DNA of 64,000 nucleotides from Geobacteraceae bacterium GWC2_55_20 (lineage in GTDB: Bacteria > Desulfobacterota > Desulfuromonadia > Geobacterales > Pseudopelobacteraceae), in contig MGZK01000130.1 of NCBI GenBank assembly GCA_001802125.1, forward strand, positions 243 to 64,242. Reading direction: 5' to 3'. Below are positions 18,056-26,356 of this stretch, one piece after another (position 1 is the first letter of the stretch; each line of letters starts with the position of its first letter). The notes beneath the pieces are model-generated. The model was given only the letters and a program-made list of their open reading frames with translations, was not told where the DNA came from and did no database searches. Position numbers and translations under genes: made by a program.

Positions 18056-18885
18056 GCCGGCATCCTCTGTTTCACAACCGCATCAACAGCTTTGAGCGTA
18101 TTCAACAACTGGGCAAGTTCACTCAGGGGAATTGAATTGGGACCGTCACAGAGCGCCTTGTCCGGATCCTCGTGCACCTCCATGAAAACCCCGTCGATGC
18201 CGGTGGCTACAGCGGCCCTGGAGAGATACTCGACAAATTCGCGCTGACCGCCCGAGCTGTCCCCCTGCCCGCCCGGCAGCTGCACGCTGTGGGTGGCATC
18301 AAACACCACCGGATAGCCGGTGGAACGCATCACCGGGAAACTGCGCATGTCCACGACCAGGTTATTATATCCAAAGGAAGCGCCGCGCTCGGTCAGGATG
18401 ATGTTTTCATTGCCGCTGGCGGCAATTTTTCCGGCAACGTTCTTCATGTCCCAGGGCGCCAGGAACTGCCCCTTCTTGACATTGATGACCCGGCCGCATT
18501 TTGCCGCGGCAATCAGAAGGTCGGTCTGGCGGCAGAGGAAGGCGGGAATCTGCAGAACATCCAGCACTTCAGCAGCGGGAGAGATCTGCTCGATCGAGTG
18601 CACATCGGACAGGACCGGCAATCCCAGCGTTTCCTTGACCTTGCGCAGGATGGCCAGCCCTTCCCTGATTCCGGGACCGCGGAAAGCGTTGATCGAAGTG
18701 CGGTTGGCCTTGTCGTAGGAGGCTTTGAAGATCAGCGGTATGTTCACGCCGTTACAGATCGTCAGAAGCTTTTCGGCATGCCGCAACGTGGCGGCTTCGT
18801 TTTCAATCACGCAGGGCCCTGCAATCAGCGCCAGTGGACGTGTTCCGCCGATTTTGACATTTCCGATAATAATTTCACGAGTCAT
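18052..18885 (-). CDS. kdsA: 3-deoxy-8-phosphooctulonate synthase
   Basis: Motifs are [32 protein letters not shown] and [11 protein letters not shown] chose the start MTREIII at 18885, which has AAAGGAA upstream. The track start at 18939 adds 18 non-conserved residues. Confidence 0.92.
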   Translation of the reverse strand: MTREIIIGNVKIGGTRPLALIAGPCVIENEAATLRHAEKLLTICNGVNIPLIFKASYDKANRTSINAFRGPGIREGLAILRKVKETLGLPVLSDVHSIEQISPAAEVLDVLQIPAFLCRQTDLLIAAAKCGRVINVKKGQFLAPWDMKNVAGKIAASGNENIILTERGASFGYNNLVVDMRSFPVMRSTGYPVVFDATHSVQLPGGQGDSSGGQREFVEYLSRAAVATGIDGVFMEVHEDPDKALCDGPNSIPLSELAQLLNTLKAVDAVVKQRMPA

Positions 18886-18985
18886 TTGAATTCCAGTTCC
18901 TTTAACAATGATGTGAATTGCCGGGAGCCACTCCGGCACGGGCAGCAGCAGTTAACAGCAGACCAATCTTAACAGTCCGGTATCA

Positions 18986-19020
18986 ATAAAAAAAGACACC
19001 CGCCAAAAAAACAGCGGGTG
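18986..19020 (-). terminator. Rho-independent terminator downstream of the dtxR/feoA-fusion gene
   Basis: The minus strand reads CACCCGC-TGTTTTTTTG-GCGGGTG followed by TCTTTTTTTAT. Confidence 0.7.
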
Positions 19021-19105
19021 GCCATATCAATACCACAGGCAATGTTCTATCTCAACCCAAAAGCAGTTGCATAAGCAATATTGAAATAGCTTGTCCGGCA
19101 CCGGA

Positions 19106-19750
19106 TTACTTCCTGACAAAAATTTCCTTGGCCAGATTGCTGTCGATGGCAAACTCTGAATAGCCGACCCGGAAGATGTAGGACGGAAATGCCTGTTGCA
19201 GCACGATGCGATTTCCGGGCAAGACCCCCATCGCCATCAGTTTCTGCATTTTCTTGCTGTCTTCGGTCTGAATGTAGGCAATTTCGCCTTCCTGACCCGA
19301 TTTGAACTCGGTCAGCGGCACCACTCCCAGGTCGCCTTCGGCGCGGGCCTGTTCGCAGCAATCCCCTGGCGGGATCGGCTTGCCGTGGGGACAGGTGGTG
19401 GGGTGGTTGAGCATGGTGCAAACCTTGGTGTCCACCCCCTCGTGCAGCAGGTGCTCAAACTCGCAGGCCTTGTAATCACCGGCTTCACCACGGATGTTGA
19501 GCACATCCATCATCAGGCGTTCAGCCAGCCGGTGGCGACGGATCGTGGTGCGCCCCTCGATCTTCCCTTCGGGCCGAAAATAAACCAGCCCCTGCCTGAT
19601 CTCCACCATGGCGCGACCGGTAAGTTCGGCATAGGCGGGATCATCCAGCGGAATCGAGAAATTCTGGGGATCCAAAGCCGCAAGTTTCTTTTCCTCAACC
19701 GCAATCCAAAGCGCCTCCAGAATTTCCTCCGCCTTGTCGGATAATTTCAT
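19106..19750 (-). CDS. DtxR/IdeR-family metal-dependent regulator fused to a C-terminal FeoA (SH3-like) domain
   Basis: The dimerisation/metal-binding region is RRHRLAERLMMDVL, EFEHLLHEG and TTCPHGKPIP. The C-terminal PLTEFKSGQEGEIAYI...LMAMGVLPGNRIVL is FeoA-like. Confidence 0.8.
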   Translation of the reverse strand: MKLSDKAEEILEALWIAVEEKKLAALDPQNFSIPLDDPAYAELTGRAMVEIRQGLVYFRPEGKIEGRTTIRRHRLAERLMMDVLNIRGEAGDYKACEFEHLLHEGVDTKVCTMLNHPTTCPHGKPIPPGDCCEQARAEGDLGVVPLTEFKSGQEGEIAYIQTEDSKKMQKLMAMGVLPGNRIVLQQAFPSYIFRVGYSEFAIDSNLAKEIFVRK

Positions 19751-19938
19751 TCCGCATCTCCTTTATCAGAATCGTTCTTTTTGAATATCCTGCGTATCTT
19801 TTTGACCAGTTCGGGTTCCAACGGATTTTTATAATTGCAGCGCGGACAATGGATCGAATGGCAGCCACCGGAACAACCGCCGCAGCCCTGTTTACCATCC
19901 TTTTCGTCGAATGTGTACCCGCAGAATCCGCAGATCAT
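19747..19938 (-). CDS. Small Cys-rich zinc-ribbon-like protein (63 aa) downstream of feoB
   Basis: MICGFCGYTF...GCGGCSGGCHSIHCPRCNY has 9 Cys in its first 34 residues. It overlaps both the feoB stop and the downstream regulator start by 4 nt, suggesting coupled translation. Confidence 0.6.
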   Translation of the reverse strand: MICGFCGYTFDEKDGKQGCGGCSGGCHSIHCPRCNYKNPLEPELVKKIRRIFKKNDSDKGDAE

Positions 19939-21926
19939 GCCAACAGTCCGGTTACCAGCAACAACTGATTCAGCAGATAACCGCTACCGAACGCCAGCAG
20001 GCTCACGAACAGGCCGATACCACCGGCCACCCTCCAGCCCCGTTCGTTCTTCATCACCAGGAACTGGGCCACGCAAGGGATAAACAGGGTCAGCGTGACG
20101 GCAGCCACCGTCAGTTGCCGCGCATCCATCAGCCCCTTGGTCTGCAGGTCGTACAGGCCAGCGGCGCCGTAGTCGCGCCTGAAAAAGCCGAAGATGAAGG
20201 CTACCGCGGCTTCCCTGGGCAGCCCGAGCGAGGCCATCACCGGCGTCATCGCATCTATGGCCTTTTCAAAGAAACCGGTCACCTTGCCCAACCAGAGCAA
20301 TACCGAGGCCAGTACGAATAATGGCAGAATTTCCAGAAAATACCACTGCATACGGGTATAGGTTTTTGTCAGCACGTTCGAAAACTGCGGCAGCCTCATC
20401 GGAGGCAGCTCCATGTAAAACATCGGCGCCTCACCGGGAAGAATCCGGGCGGCCAGCAGACCGACCGCAATGAAGATCAGCAGCAGACACACGCTCCACA
20501 CCGCCAGTGCGCCGGGAGCCTTGGAAAGCAGCGCGATGATCACTCCCAGCTGGGCCGAACAGGGAATCGCCAGTGCCAGCAGGACCGTCGCAATCACTCG
20601 CTCACGAACCGTCTCCAGGGTACGGGTCACCATCGTGGCCATCGTATCACAGCCAAAACCAAGCACCATCGGGATCACCGCCCTCCCCGTCAGGCCGAAA
20701 TACTTGAATACCCGGTCCACCAATAGCGCCAGACGCGGGAAATATCCGGTATCCTCCAGAAAGGAGAAGAAGATGAAGAAGGTTGCCACGATCGGCAGAA
20801 TAATGCCGACCGCATATCTGATGCCGAGCGTGATGATGCCGTATTCGCCGACGATCAGCTCCTGAACGATCTCCCATGGAACAATTTTCTTGACCAGACC
20901 GATCACCCAGGGATTGACCATATCCACAAAAAAACGTTTTTCCAGCAGGTCCACGACCGTTCCGGCACCGAACTGTCCCACAAACTTGTAGAGTCCGAAA
21001 TAGAGCACGATCAGAAGCATCGGAACGCCGGTCAGCGGCTTGACCGACCAGTTGGACAGCCGTTCGGCCCAGGTTACGACCCGTTTGTCGGGAGCCACGA
21101 AGACACCGTTCAACAGATCCTTGGCGATCTCGTTACGTTCCAGCGACAGATTGAGATGAAACGAACCACGGCGCTTGAAGGATATCTCACGCGCCAGCTC
21201 CTCCAGCACCGGGTAGCCCTCCCCTTCACGATGACGTACGATCTCAATGATCTCCTCGTCCTGCTGCAAAAGCAGCATCGCCAAAGATCGACGGGAAAGG
21301 ATATATTCTCCGGTCATCATCCCGGCAATCTCATTTATGTCTTGTTCCAACAGGCGGCTATAGGGGAAGCGCCTCCTGGCATCACCCTGGCGTTTATACC
21401 CGGCAATGGCCGCACGAATAGCATCCACACCGCGGTTACGGGCGGTGGCAGCCCCGATCACCGGGATGCCCAGACGCTTTTGCAGCAGTTCCAGATCGAT
21501 TTTCAGCCCCATCCGCTCGGCCTCATCCATGATGTTGACGACCAGTATCACCGGCAGTTCAGCCTCGATCAACTGAACCGTCATGGCCAGCATGCGCTCC
21601 AGATTGCGGGCATCCAGGACATGCACAACAACGTCGGGGGTCTCATGCAGCAGGATTTCGCGGGCAACCCGCTCTTCTTCGGTTATCGTGTGGATCGAAT
21701 ACATGCCGGGCGTATCGATCACCTGCCAGGATTCACCTTCAATCGTGGAGTTGCCGCGCGAAACCTCGACAGATGTTCCGGGATAGTTGGAGACCGTGAC
21801 ATAGGCCCCGGTCAAGGCATTGAAGAGCACGCTTTTCCCGACATTGGGATTACCCACCAGGGCTACCCGGCGAACACCGGCTCGGCCTGCCGGTTCAGAG
21901 GAGGAATTATTGCTGCTTGACGACAT
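19935..21926 (-). CDS. feoB: Ferrous iron transport protein B
   Basis: N-terminal G domain with GNPNVGKS, DTPG and NIMD. A multi-pass membrane domain follows. Confidence 0.95.
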   Translation of the reverse strand: MSSSSNNSSSEPAGRAGVRRVALVGNPNVGKSVLFNALTGAYVTVSNYPGTSVEVSRGNSTIEGESWQVIDTPGMYSIHTITEEERVAREILLHETPDVVVHVLDARNLERMLAMTVQLIEAELPVILVVNIMDEAERMGLKIDLELLQKRLGIPVIGAATARNRGVDAIRAAIAGYKRQGDARRRFPYSRLLEQDINEIAGMMTGEYILSRRSLAMLLLQQDEEIIEIVRHREGEGYPVLEELAREISFKRRGSFHLNLSLERNEIAKDLLNGVFVAPDKRVVTWAERLSNWSVKPLTGVPMLLIVLYFGLYKFVGQFGAGTVVDLLEKRFFVDMVNPWVIGLVKKIVPWEIVQELIVGEYGIITLGIRYAVGIILPIVATFFIFFSFLEDTGYFPRLALLVDRVFKYFGLTGRAVIPMVLGFGCDTMATMVTRTLETVRERVIATVLLALAIPCSAQLGVIIALLSKAPGALAVWSVCLLLIFIAVGLLAARILPGEAPMFYMELPPMRLPQFSNVLTKTYTRMQWYFLEILPLFVLASVLLWLGKVTGFFEKAIDAMTPVMASLGLPREAAVAFIFGFFRRDYGAAGLYDLQTKGLMDARQLTVAAVTLTLFIPCVAQFLVMKNERGWRVAGGIGLFVSLLAFGSGYLLNQLLLVTGLLA

Positions 21927-21943
21927 CGTTACATCCCTTTTAT

Positions 21944-21962
21944 GCTTTTGATTTTCATTTTC
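21944..21962 (-). promoter_or_regulatory. Fur-box-like operator directly upstream of feoB
   Basis: The minus strand reads GAAAATGAAAATCAAAAGC. By my hand count it matches 14 of 19 positions of the classical GATAATGATAATCATTATC box. It lies 18-36 nt upstream of the feoB ATG and overlaps a possible TTGAAA -35. Confidence 0.5.
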
Positions 21963-21972
21963 AATGGTCTCT

Positions 21973-22003
21973 CAAAAAAAAGTCCTAATTGCGCGTCAGG
22001 ACT
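21973..22003 (-). terminator. Hairpin plus T8 tract overlapping the fur stop codon
   Basis: The minus strand reads AGTCCT-GACGCGCAATT-AGGACT followed by TTTTTTTT. The stem is short (6 bp). Confidence 0.45.
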
Positions 22004-22436
22004 TGGTTGTTCTGCAATCAGAACAGAGGCCGTAGATTTCCAGCTTATGGCTTCTGATCATGAAGCCATGTAAAGCGGCGATTTCATCCTGCAGCTTCTC
22101 TATCGTTTCGTTTTCGAACTCGATGATGCTGTTGCATCCGGTACAGACCAGGTGGTCATGGTGTTCGCCGGCCATCACATGTTCATAGCGGGTCTGGCCG
22201 TCATGCAAAAGAATTTCCCGAGCCAGACCGGACTCCACAAACAGCTTGAGCGTACGGTAAACCGTGGCGTGGCCGATGCCGGGATTGCTGGTTTTGATCT
22301 TCAGATAGAGTTCTTCAACACTGACATGCTGGTGGGTCGAAAGAAAAATATCGAGAATCACGTCCCTCTGGCGGGTGGAGCGCAACCCCTTGCTGGCGGC
22401 GAAACGGTTGAAGGCTTTTTTCTTTTCCAGTATCAT
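21996..22436 (-). CDS. fur: Fur-family transcriptional repressor
   Basis: Motifs are ATVYRTLK, HHDHLVCTGCNSIIEF and CSDC. It sits adjacent to feoB. Confidence 0.9.
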   Translation of the reverse strand: MILEKKKAFNRFAASKGLRSTRQRDVILDIFLSTHQHVSVEELYLKIKTSNPGIGHATVYRTLKLFVESGLAREILLHDGQTRYEHVMAGEHHDHLVCTGCNSIIEFENETIEKLQDEIAALHGFMIRSHKLEIYGLCSDCRTTKS

Positions 22437-22529
22437 GCGCCCCCCTTATTGAACTTGACATTCAATTTAATGGCAGAGTCTGGTCCTGTCAATCATTTTA
22501 TTGCAATTCACGGTGATGATGCGGCCATG

Positions 22530-22556
22530 CTTACAATTGTGAACAGCATGCTATAA
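22530..22556 (+). promoter_or_regulatory. Putative sigma-70 promoter with an embedded inverted repeat, upstream of the RHH antitoxin gene
   Basis: TTACAA-N15-TATAAT (TATAAT at 22551-22556). The inverted repeat CATGCT...AGCATG flanks an ACAATTGT palindrome, as expected for an autoregulated TA operator. The spacer is short. Confidence 0.4.
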
Positions 22557-22585
22557 TGTAGCAAAATCCACTACAGGAGTATGAT

Positions 22586-22804
22586 ATGCGATCAGTCATG
22601 TCAGTCAGTTTTCCCGAGCAAATTTCACATGAGCTTGAATCATTCGCCATGGAAACGGGTCGGAGCAAAAGCGATACCATCAAAGAGTCGCTAGCACTCT
22701 ATCTCTGGGATGTTCGTTTTAATTCTCTTAAGAAAAGCATGACTCGCCGGGCGAAAAAGCTGGGTATCGTCACCGAGGATGATGTGTTCAAGGCGCTCTC
22801 GTGA
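22586..22804 (+). CDS. Ribbon-helix-helix (CopG-like) antitoxin
   Basis: 72 aa. The N-terminal VSFPEQISHELESFAMETGRSKSDTIKESL is a typical RHH pattern. A GTGA overlap joins it to the downstream PIN remnant. Confidence 0.7.
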   Translation: MRSVMSVSFPEQISHELESFAMETGRSKSDTIKESLALYLWDVRFNSLKKSMTRRAKKLGIVTEDDVFKALS

Positions 22805-22959
22805 GAGTTGTCTTCGATACCAATGTCTATTTTGCCGCCTTTGTGGCGGAAGGTATCTGCGCCAGACTGATACGCCGGGCTCGCAAACGTGAATTCGAGC
22901 TTTTTCTCTGTCATGTGATTACCCGCGAATTTTCCACCAAGCTGAAATACCGCCTGTAA
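22801..22959 (+). pseudogene. Truncated PIN-domain toxin (52 codons of an expected ~135-140)
   Basis: My translation is VRVVFDTNVYFAAFVAEGICARLIRRARKREFELFLCHVITREFSTKLKYRL*. It matches the N-terminus of the family I recall as TIGR00305-type PIN toxins (vvlDTNVlisA...), then stops early. Confidence 0.6.
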
Positions 22960-23379
22960 CTCCAACTGTTCTGCCTTGTTCGATCCTTTCACCGCCGTAA
23001 CCCTGCAGGATAACACAGACCAATACTCACTATTCAAAGGATGGTCAGGCTACTATGTTGCCGCCAACGGTGACTGCCAACTGACCATGGATGCAGACAA
23101 AGCCATCATCGCCACCTTCGACAAGGATAATGACCATAGCGTACTCTGAAATACTATCCGGCAATCAACGTCGCTTACCTTGCCACCACAGTGCCCGCAG
23201 TGATCAAGACATGGGGAACCGATTTTACCGAAAATCTTCTCCTGAACAAAAGTATTGCCGTCACAATCAAAGGGGGATTCAATGCCGATTATACTTCCAA
23301 TGGCGGTAACACTATCCTGCGCGGATCAATTACAGTGGGGAAAGGCTCTTTGACAGTGGAGCATCTGGTGGTGCAATAG
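22946..23379 (+). pseudogene. Frameshifted 3' fragment of a surface-protein gene (InlB-B-repeat-like segment plus conserved C-terminal module)
   Basis: Frame 1 (22946-23149) reads ...FKGWSGYYVAANGDCQLTMDADKAIIATFDKDNDHSVL*. Frame 2 (23140-23379) reads ...INVAYLATTVPAVIKTWGTDFTENLLLNKSIAVTIKGGFNADYTSNGGNTILRGSITVGKGSLTVEHLVVQ*. Together they are colinear with the C-terminus of the ORF at 63662-64000. The fragment has no start codon or RBS. Confidence 0.6.
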
Positions 23380-23384
23380 ATTGA

Positions 23385-23795
23385 TTACAACAACGGATAG
23401 AGAACTATTTTGGCAGGTTTGGCGAGTAAATGGAAATGGCTGTCAAGAGTTGCCACCGGTGCATGAACCGATGCGGCTGCAACGGCGATGAAGCAGTCCG
23501 ACAGGCCGATGGTCACACCCTTGCGGCGCAATTGAAATGCAAGCTTCCCGGCTGTAGCCCATAAGCGGGATGTTTCTGCAATAAAAGGAAAAACTCCTGT
23601 GAAATCGTCAAGCACGGCCAGTTCTTTTTCCGATTTGGCCCCCTGCATCAGCTCCGCCAGAATAATACCACAATAATACACCTGCTCGTCATCGATCAGG
23701 CGCGTCACGATGCTGTAGTACGGCTCGTTTTTGCGGAAGAACTCGATCCAGACCGAGGTATCCACCAAGACCCTAGCCAAGTCGCGGATCTCCAT
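23385..23795 (-). CDS. vapC: VapC-type PIN-domain toxin
   Basis: Motifs are VLVDTSVWIEFF, IILAELMQG and a C-terminal LATLDSHF. The start is uncertain: it is either the ATG at 23795, overlapping vapB by 23 nt, or a TTG/GTG just after the vapB stop near 23771. The track start at 23879 is implausible. Confidence 0.75.
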   Translation of the reverse strand: MEIRDLARVLVDTSVWIEFFRKNEPYYSIVTRLIDDEQVYYCGIILAELMQGAKSEKELAVLDDFTGVFPFIAETSRLWATAGKLAFQLRRKGVTIGLSDCFIAVAAASVHAPVATLDSHFHLLAKPAKIVLYPLL

Positions 23796-23982
23796 GGCGT
23801 AATTCTTCGGCAGCGGCGGTGAACTCCATCTTCCCGGCCATTCCCTTGATGCGGGCTGCACGACGCAGACGGATCTCATCCTTTACAGCGGTAATGACCG
23901 CCTCGGTCTTGCTTTTGGCGTCAACCAGCGACAAAAGCTCATTCAGCAGATCCTGTGGTAGCGTAACTGTTGCTCGCGCCAT
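23773..23982 (-). CDS. vapB: VapB-type antitoxin
   Basis: 69 aa with MARATVTLPQDLLNELL, in the style of the small antitoxins that precede PIN toxins. It lies immediately upstream of vapC. Confidence 0.7.
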   Translation of the reverse strand: MARATVTLPQDLLNELLSLVDAKSKTEAVITAVKDEIRLRRAARIKGMAGKMEFTAAAEELRHGDPRLG

Positions 23983-24115
23983 ATTGGGCCTCCAAGGAAA
24001 TCACACAGATAATGATACTTTTTCTGTGCTACAAGTCAACACATGTTTTTGCCATAGAATCACAATACCTGCAGCCGGCAATCAGCGCTACAGCGCGGCC
24101 AGAGACCGATAAATC

Positions 24116-24997
24116 CTACTCGTACATCAGCCTCATGCCACCCAGGGCGCTCTTCAATGTCCCCTCGAACTTTTCCTCAACCCCGCCGCTGAGAATATCC
24201 AGATAGTTCATTTTTTTCTTCGGCGGCAGAAGCACTTCCGGCTCACCCTTGATGCCGGCCTGCTTTCCGGCCTCCTCGATCGCGTCCTGCAAGGTGCCCA
24301 AGCGGTCAACCAGTTTTACTCCCTTGGCCTGTTCCCCGGAGAGAATCCGGCCATCGGCGATTTTCCTGACATCGTCGATCGGCAGCTTGCGCCCTTCCGC
24401 CACCGCCCTGATAAACTGTTCATGGGTATTATCAATCACGGACTGCAGCATGGCCCGGTCTTCTGGCGAAAATTTTCTCAACGGCGATCCGGAGTCCTTG
24501 TATTTTCCTGTTTTGAGCGTATGGGACTTGATGCCGATCTTATCCATCAGCGCCTCGATGTTTGACAACTTGAGAATGACACCGATGCTGGCGGTAATCG
24601 TGCCGGGGTTGGCGTAGATCATGGTCGCCGGCGCAGAGATGTAGTAGCCGCCCGAAGCCGCCAGACTGCCCATCGAGACGATGATTTTCTTTTTGGCGGC
24701 AAACTTTTTAACTTCTTCGTAGATTTCCTGCGAGGGGGCCACAATGCCGCCAGGGGAATCAACCCTGAGCACGACCGCCTTGATGCCATCCTGCTTGAGG
24801 AAATGCCTCAACTGGCGAATGGTTTCCTTGGAATCCAGGATCATCCCCTTTACTTCTACCAGTCCGATGCCGTTTTTGGATACTAATGTGGTATCGGCGC
24901 CGTCCAGCAACGACTTGGCGATTTTGACCGAAACCGTGAACAGCACGGCCACGGAAAATGCAATTGCCAGAATAATGATAAAGATTTTTTTTGACAT
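24116..24997 (-). CDS. sppA: Signal peptide peptidase SppA, 36K type
   Basis: N-terminal TM segment, then RVDSPGG, MGSLAASGGYYIS and the GSP...K region typical of S49 peptidases. Confidence 0.88.
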   Translation of the reverse strand: MSKKIFIIILAIAFSVAVLFTVSVKIAKSLLDGADTTLVSKNGIGLVEVKGMILDSKETIRQLRHFLKQDGIKAVVLRVDSPGGIVAPSQEIYEEVKKFAAKKKIIVSMGSLAASGGYYISAPATMIYANPGTITASIGVILKLSNIEALMDKIGIKSHTLKTGKYKDSGSPLRKFSPEDRAMLQSVIDNTHEQFIRAVAEGRKLPIDDVRKIADGRILSGEQAKGVKLVDRLGTLQDAIEEAGKQAGIKGEPEVLLPPKKKMNYLDILSGGVEEKFEGTLKSALGGMRLMYE

Positions 24998-25060
24998 ATT
25001 CGGCTACCTTTTGTTTATTTTGGCTTTAATGAAAGAAGTGGTTCTGCTAGAGTGTTTGAC

Positions 25061-25531
25061 ATGAAAGTCTTGGTCATAGCAGATACTCACGGCAATACGC
25101 CGCTGGCATTCAAGGCCCATACGTTGTCAGAACCGGTCGATATGGTGCTGCATCTCGGTGACGGAAGCGATGATGCCAACCTGATGCTGGAAGTGCTGGA
25201 TATTCCGGTGATCAATGTTGCCGGAAACTGCGATATCGGCTCAAACGCACCGCGTGAGCTCTTATGGGAATGTGAAGGAAAAAGGATTTTGTTGTCGCAC
25301 GGAGATGGTTACGGGGTAAAAAGCGGGCTGAGCAAACTTGAACGGCGGGCCAGGGAGATCGGAGCCGATGCCGTTTTGTTCGGGCACAGCCATAGGGCGA
25401 TCAACGAATTCCGTTCCGGGCTTCTGATGCTGAATCCCGGCACTCTGACACACACAGCCCATCATCGCACATTTGCCGTAATGGAGATTTCCACGGACAG
25501 CATCACCGCCAAAATGTACGATATCGATTAA
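25061..25531 (+). CDS. YfcE/MJ0936-family metallophosphoesterase
   Basis: Motifs are MKVLVIADTHGN, GDG, GNCD and GHSH, followed by NPGT. The ATG at 25061 is preferred over the GTG at 25052. Confidence 0.8.
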   Translation: MKVLVIADTHGNTPLAFKAHTLSEPVDMVLHLGDGSDDANLMLEVLDIPVINVAGNCDIGSNAPRELLWECEGKRILLSHGDGYGVKSGLSKLERRAREIGADAVLFGHSHRAINEFRSGLLMLNPGTLTHTAHHRTFAVMEISTDSITAKMYDID

Positions 25532-26340
25532 ACCCCGCCTCCCCTGTTTGATGCTTCATGTCCTTTATGAACCGCCTTCTCAAGCCTGCGACGCCTCGGC
25601 CAGGTAACCAGGAAGTCCACCGGCCCGGAAAACACATACAGCAGCATGATCGAAAAAATCATTACCACCGGCTCGGCAGCCACCACTATCAGCAACACAA
25701 CCGCCAGCAGCAGAAAGCCGAAGGGTTGACGTTTTATCAGCGCCGGATCCTTGAACGAATAATAGCGGAAATTGGAGACCATCAGGAAAGCCAGCAGGTA
25801 AATCAGCACGACAATTGCCAGGCGCTTGAAAGAACTGGGCCAGCCGAAATGGTGGAACAACAGTACCGTGGAAGCAACCATGCAGGCTGCTGCAGGTGTG
25901 GGAAGTCCAACGAAACGTTTGCTTTCAACCGTATCGACCTGCACGTTGAAACGGGCCAGGCGCAACGCGCAGCAGGCCAGAAACAGGAATGCCGCCAGCC
26001 AGCCCAGCCGGCCGAACGGCTTAAGTGCCCAGGCATACATCATCAGGGCCGGCGTCACGCCGAATGCGACAACATCGGCCAGAGAATCATATTCGACACC
26101 GAATTTGCTTGTGGTCCCGGTCATGCGGGCAACCTTGCCGTCAAGGCCGTCAAAAATGGCCGAGACGAAGATGAACAGGGCCGCGACCCTGAAGTCCTCA
26201 CTCCCGCCGTTAAGCGTCATGACCATGCTGTAGAATCCGGCAAACAGGCTGGCGGTAGTGAACAGGTTGGGCAGGATGTAAATTCCGCGCTTGATGCTGT
26301 CTTTTTTTGTAATGCTCTCTTCCTGAATTTCAAGGTTCAT
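25528..26340 (-). CDS. pssA: CDP-diacylglycerol--serine O-phosphatidyltransferase
   Basis: The CDP-alcohol phosphatidyltransferase motif DGLDGKVAR...G...DSLAD is present. The protein is multi-TM and lies adjacent to psd. Confidence 0.88.
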   Translation of the reverse strand: MNLEIQEESITKKDSIKRGIYILPNLFTTASLFAGFYSMVMTLNGGSEDFRVAALFIFVSAIFDGLDGKVARMTGTTSKFGVEYDSLADVVAFGVTPALMMYAWALKPFGRLGWLAAFLFLACCALRLARFNVQVDTVESKRFVGLPTPAAACMVASTVLLFHHFGWPSSFKRLAIVVLIYLLAFLMVSNFRYYSFKDPALIKRQPFGFLLLAVVLLIVVAAEPVVMIFSIMLLYVFSGPVDFLVTWPRRRRLEKAVHKGHEASNRGGGV

Positions 26341-26356
26341 GCGACTGAATCCTCAC

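Noticed and set aside
16938-18095. 385-aa plus-strand ORF
   Set aside because: It is antisense to kdsD and kdsC. The translation is Ser/Pro/Arg/Ala-rich and matches no family motif, while the sense genes are clearly recognisable.
22488-22510. Fur box upstream of fur (TCAATCATTTTATTGCAATTC)
   Set aside because: It has only a partial AATCATT core and a much weaker match than the feoB-proximal site. I do not call it without a PSSM.
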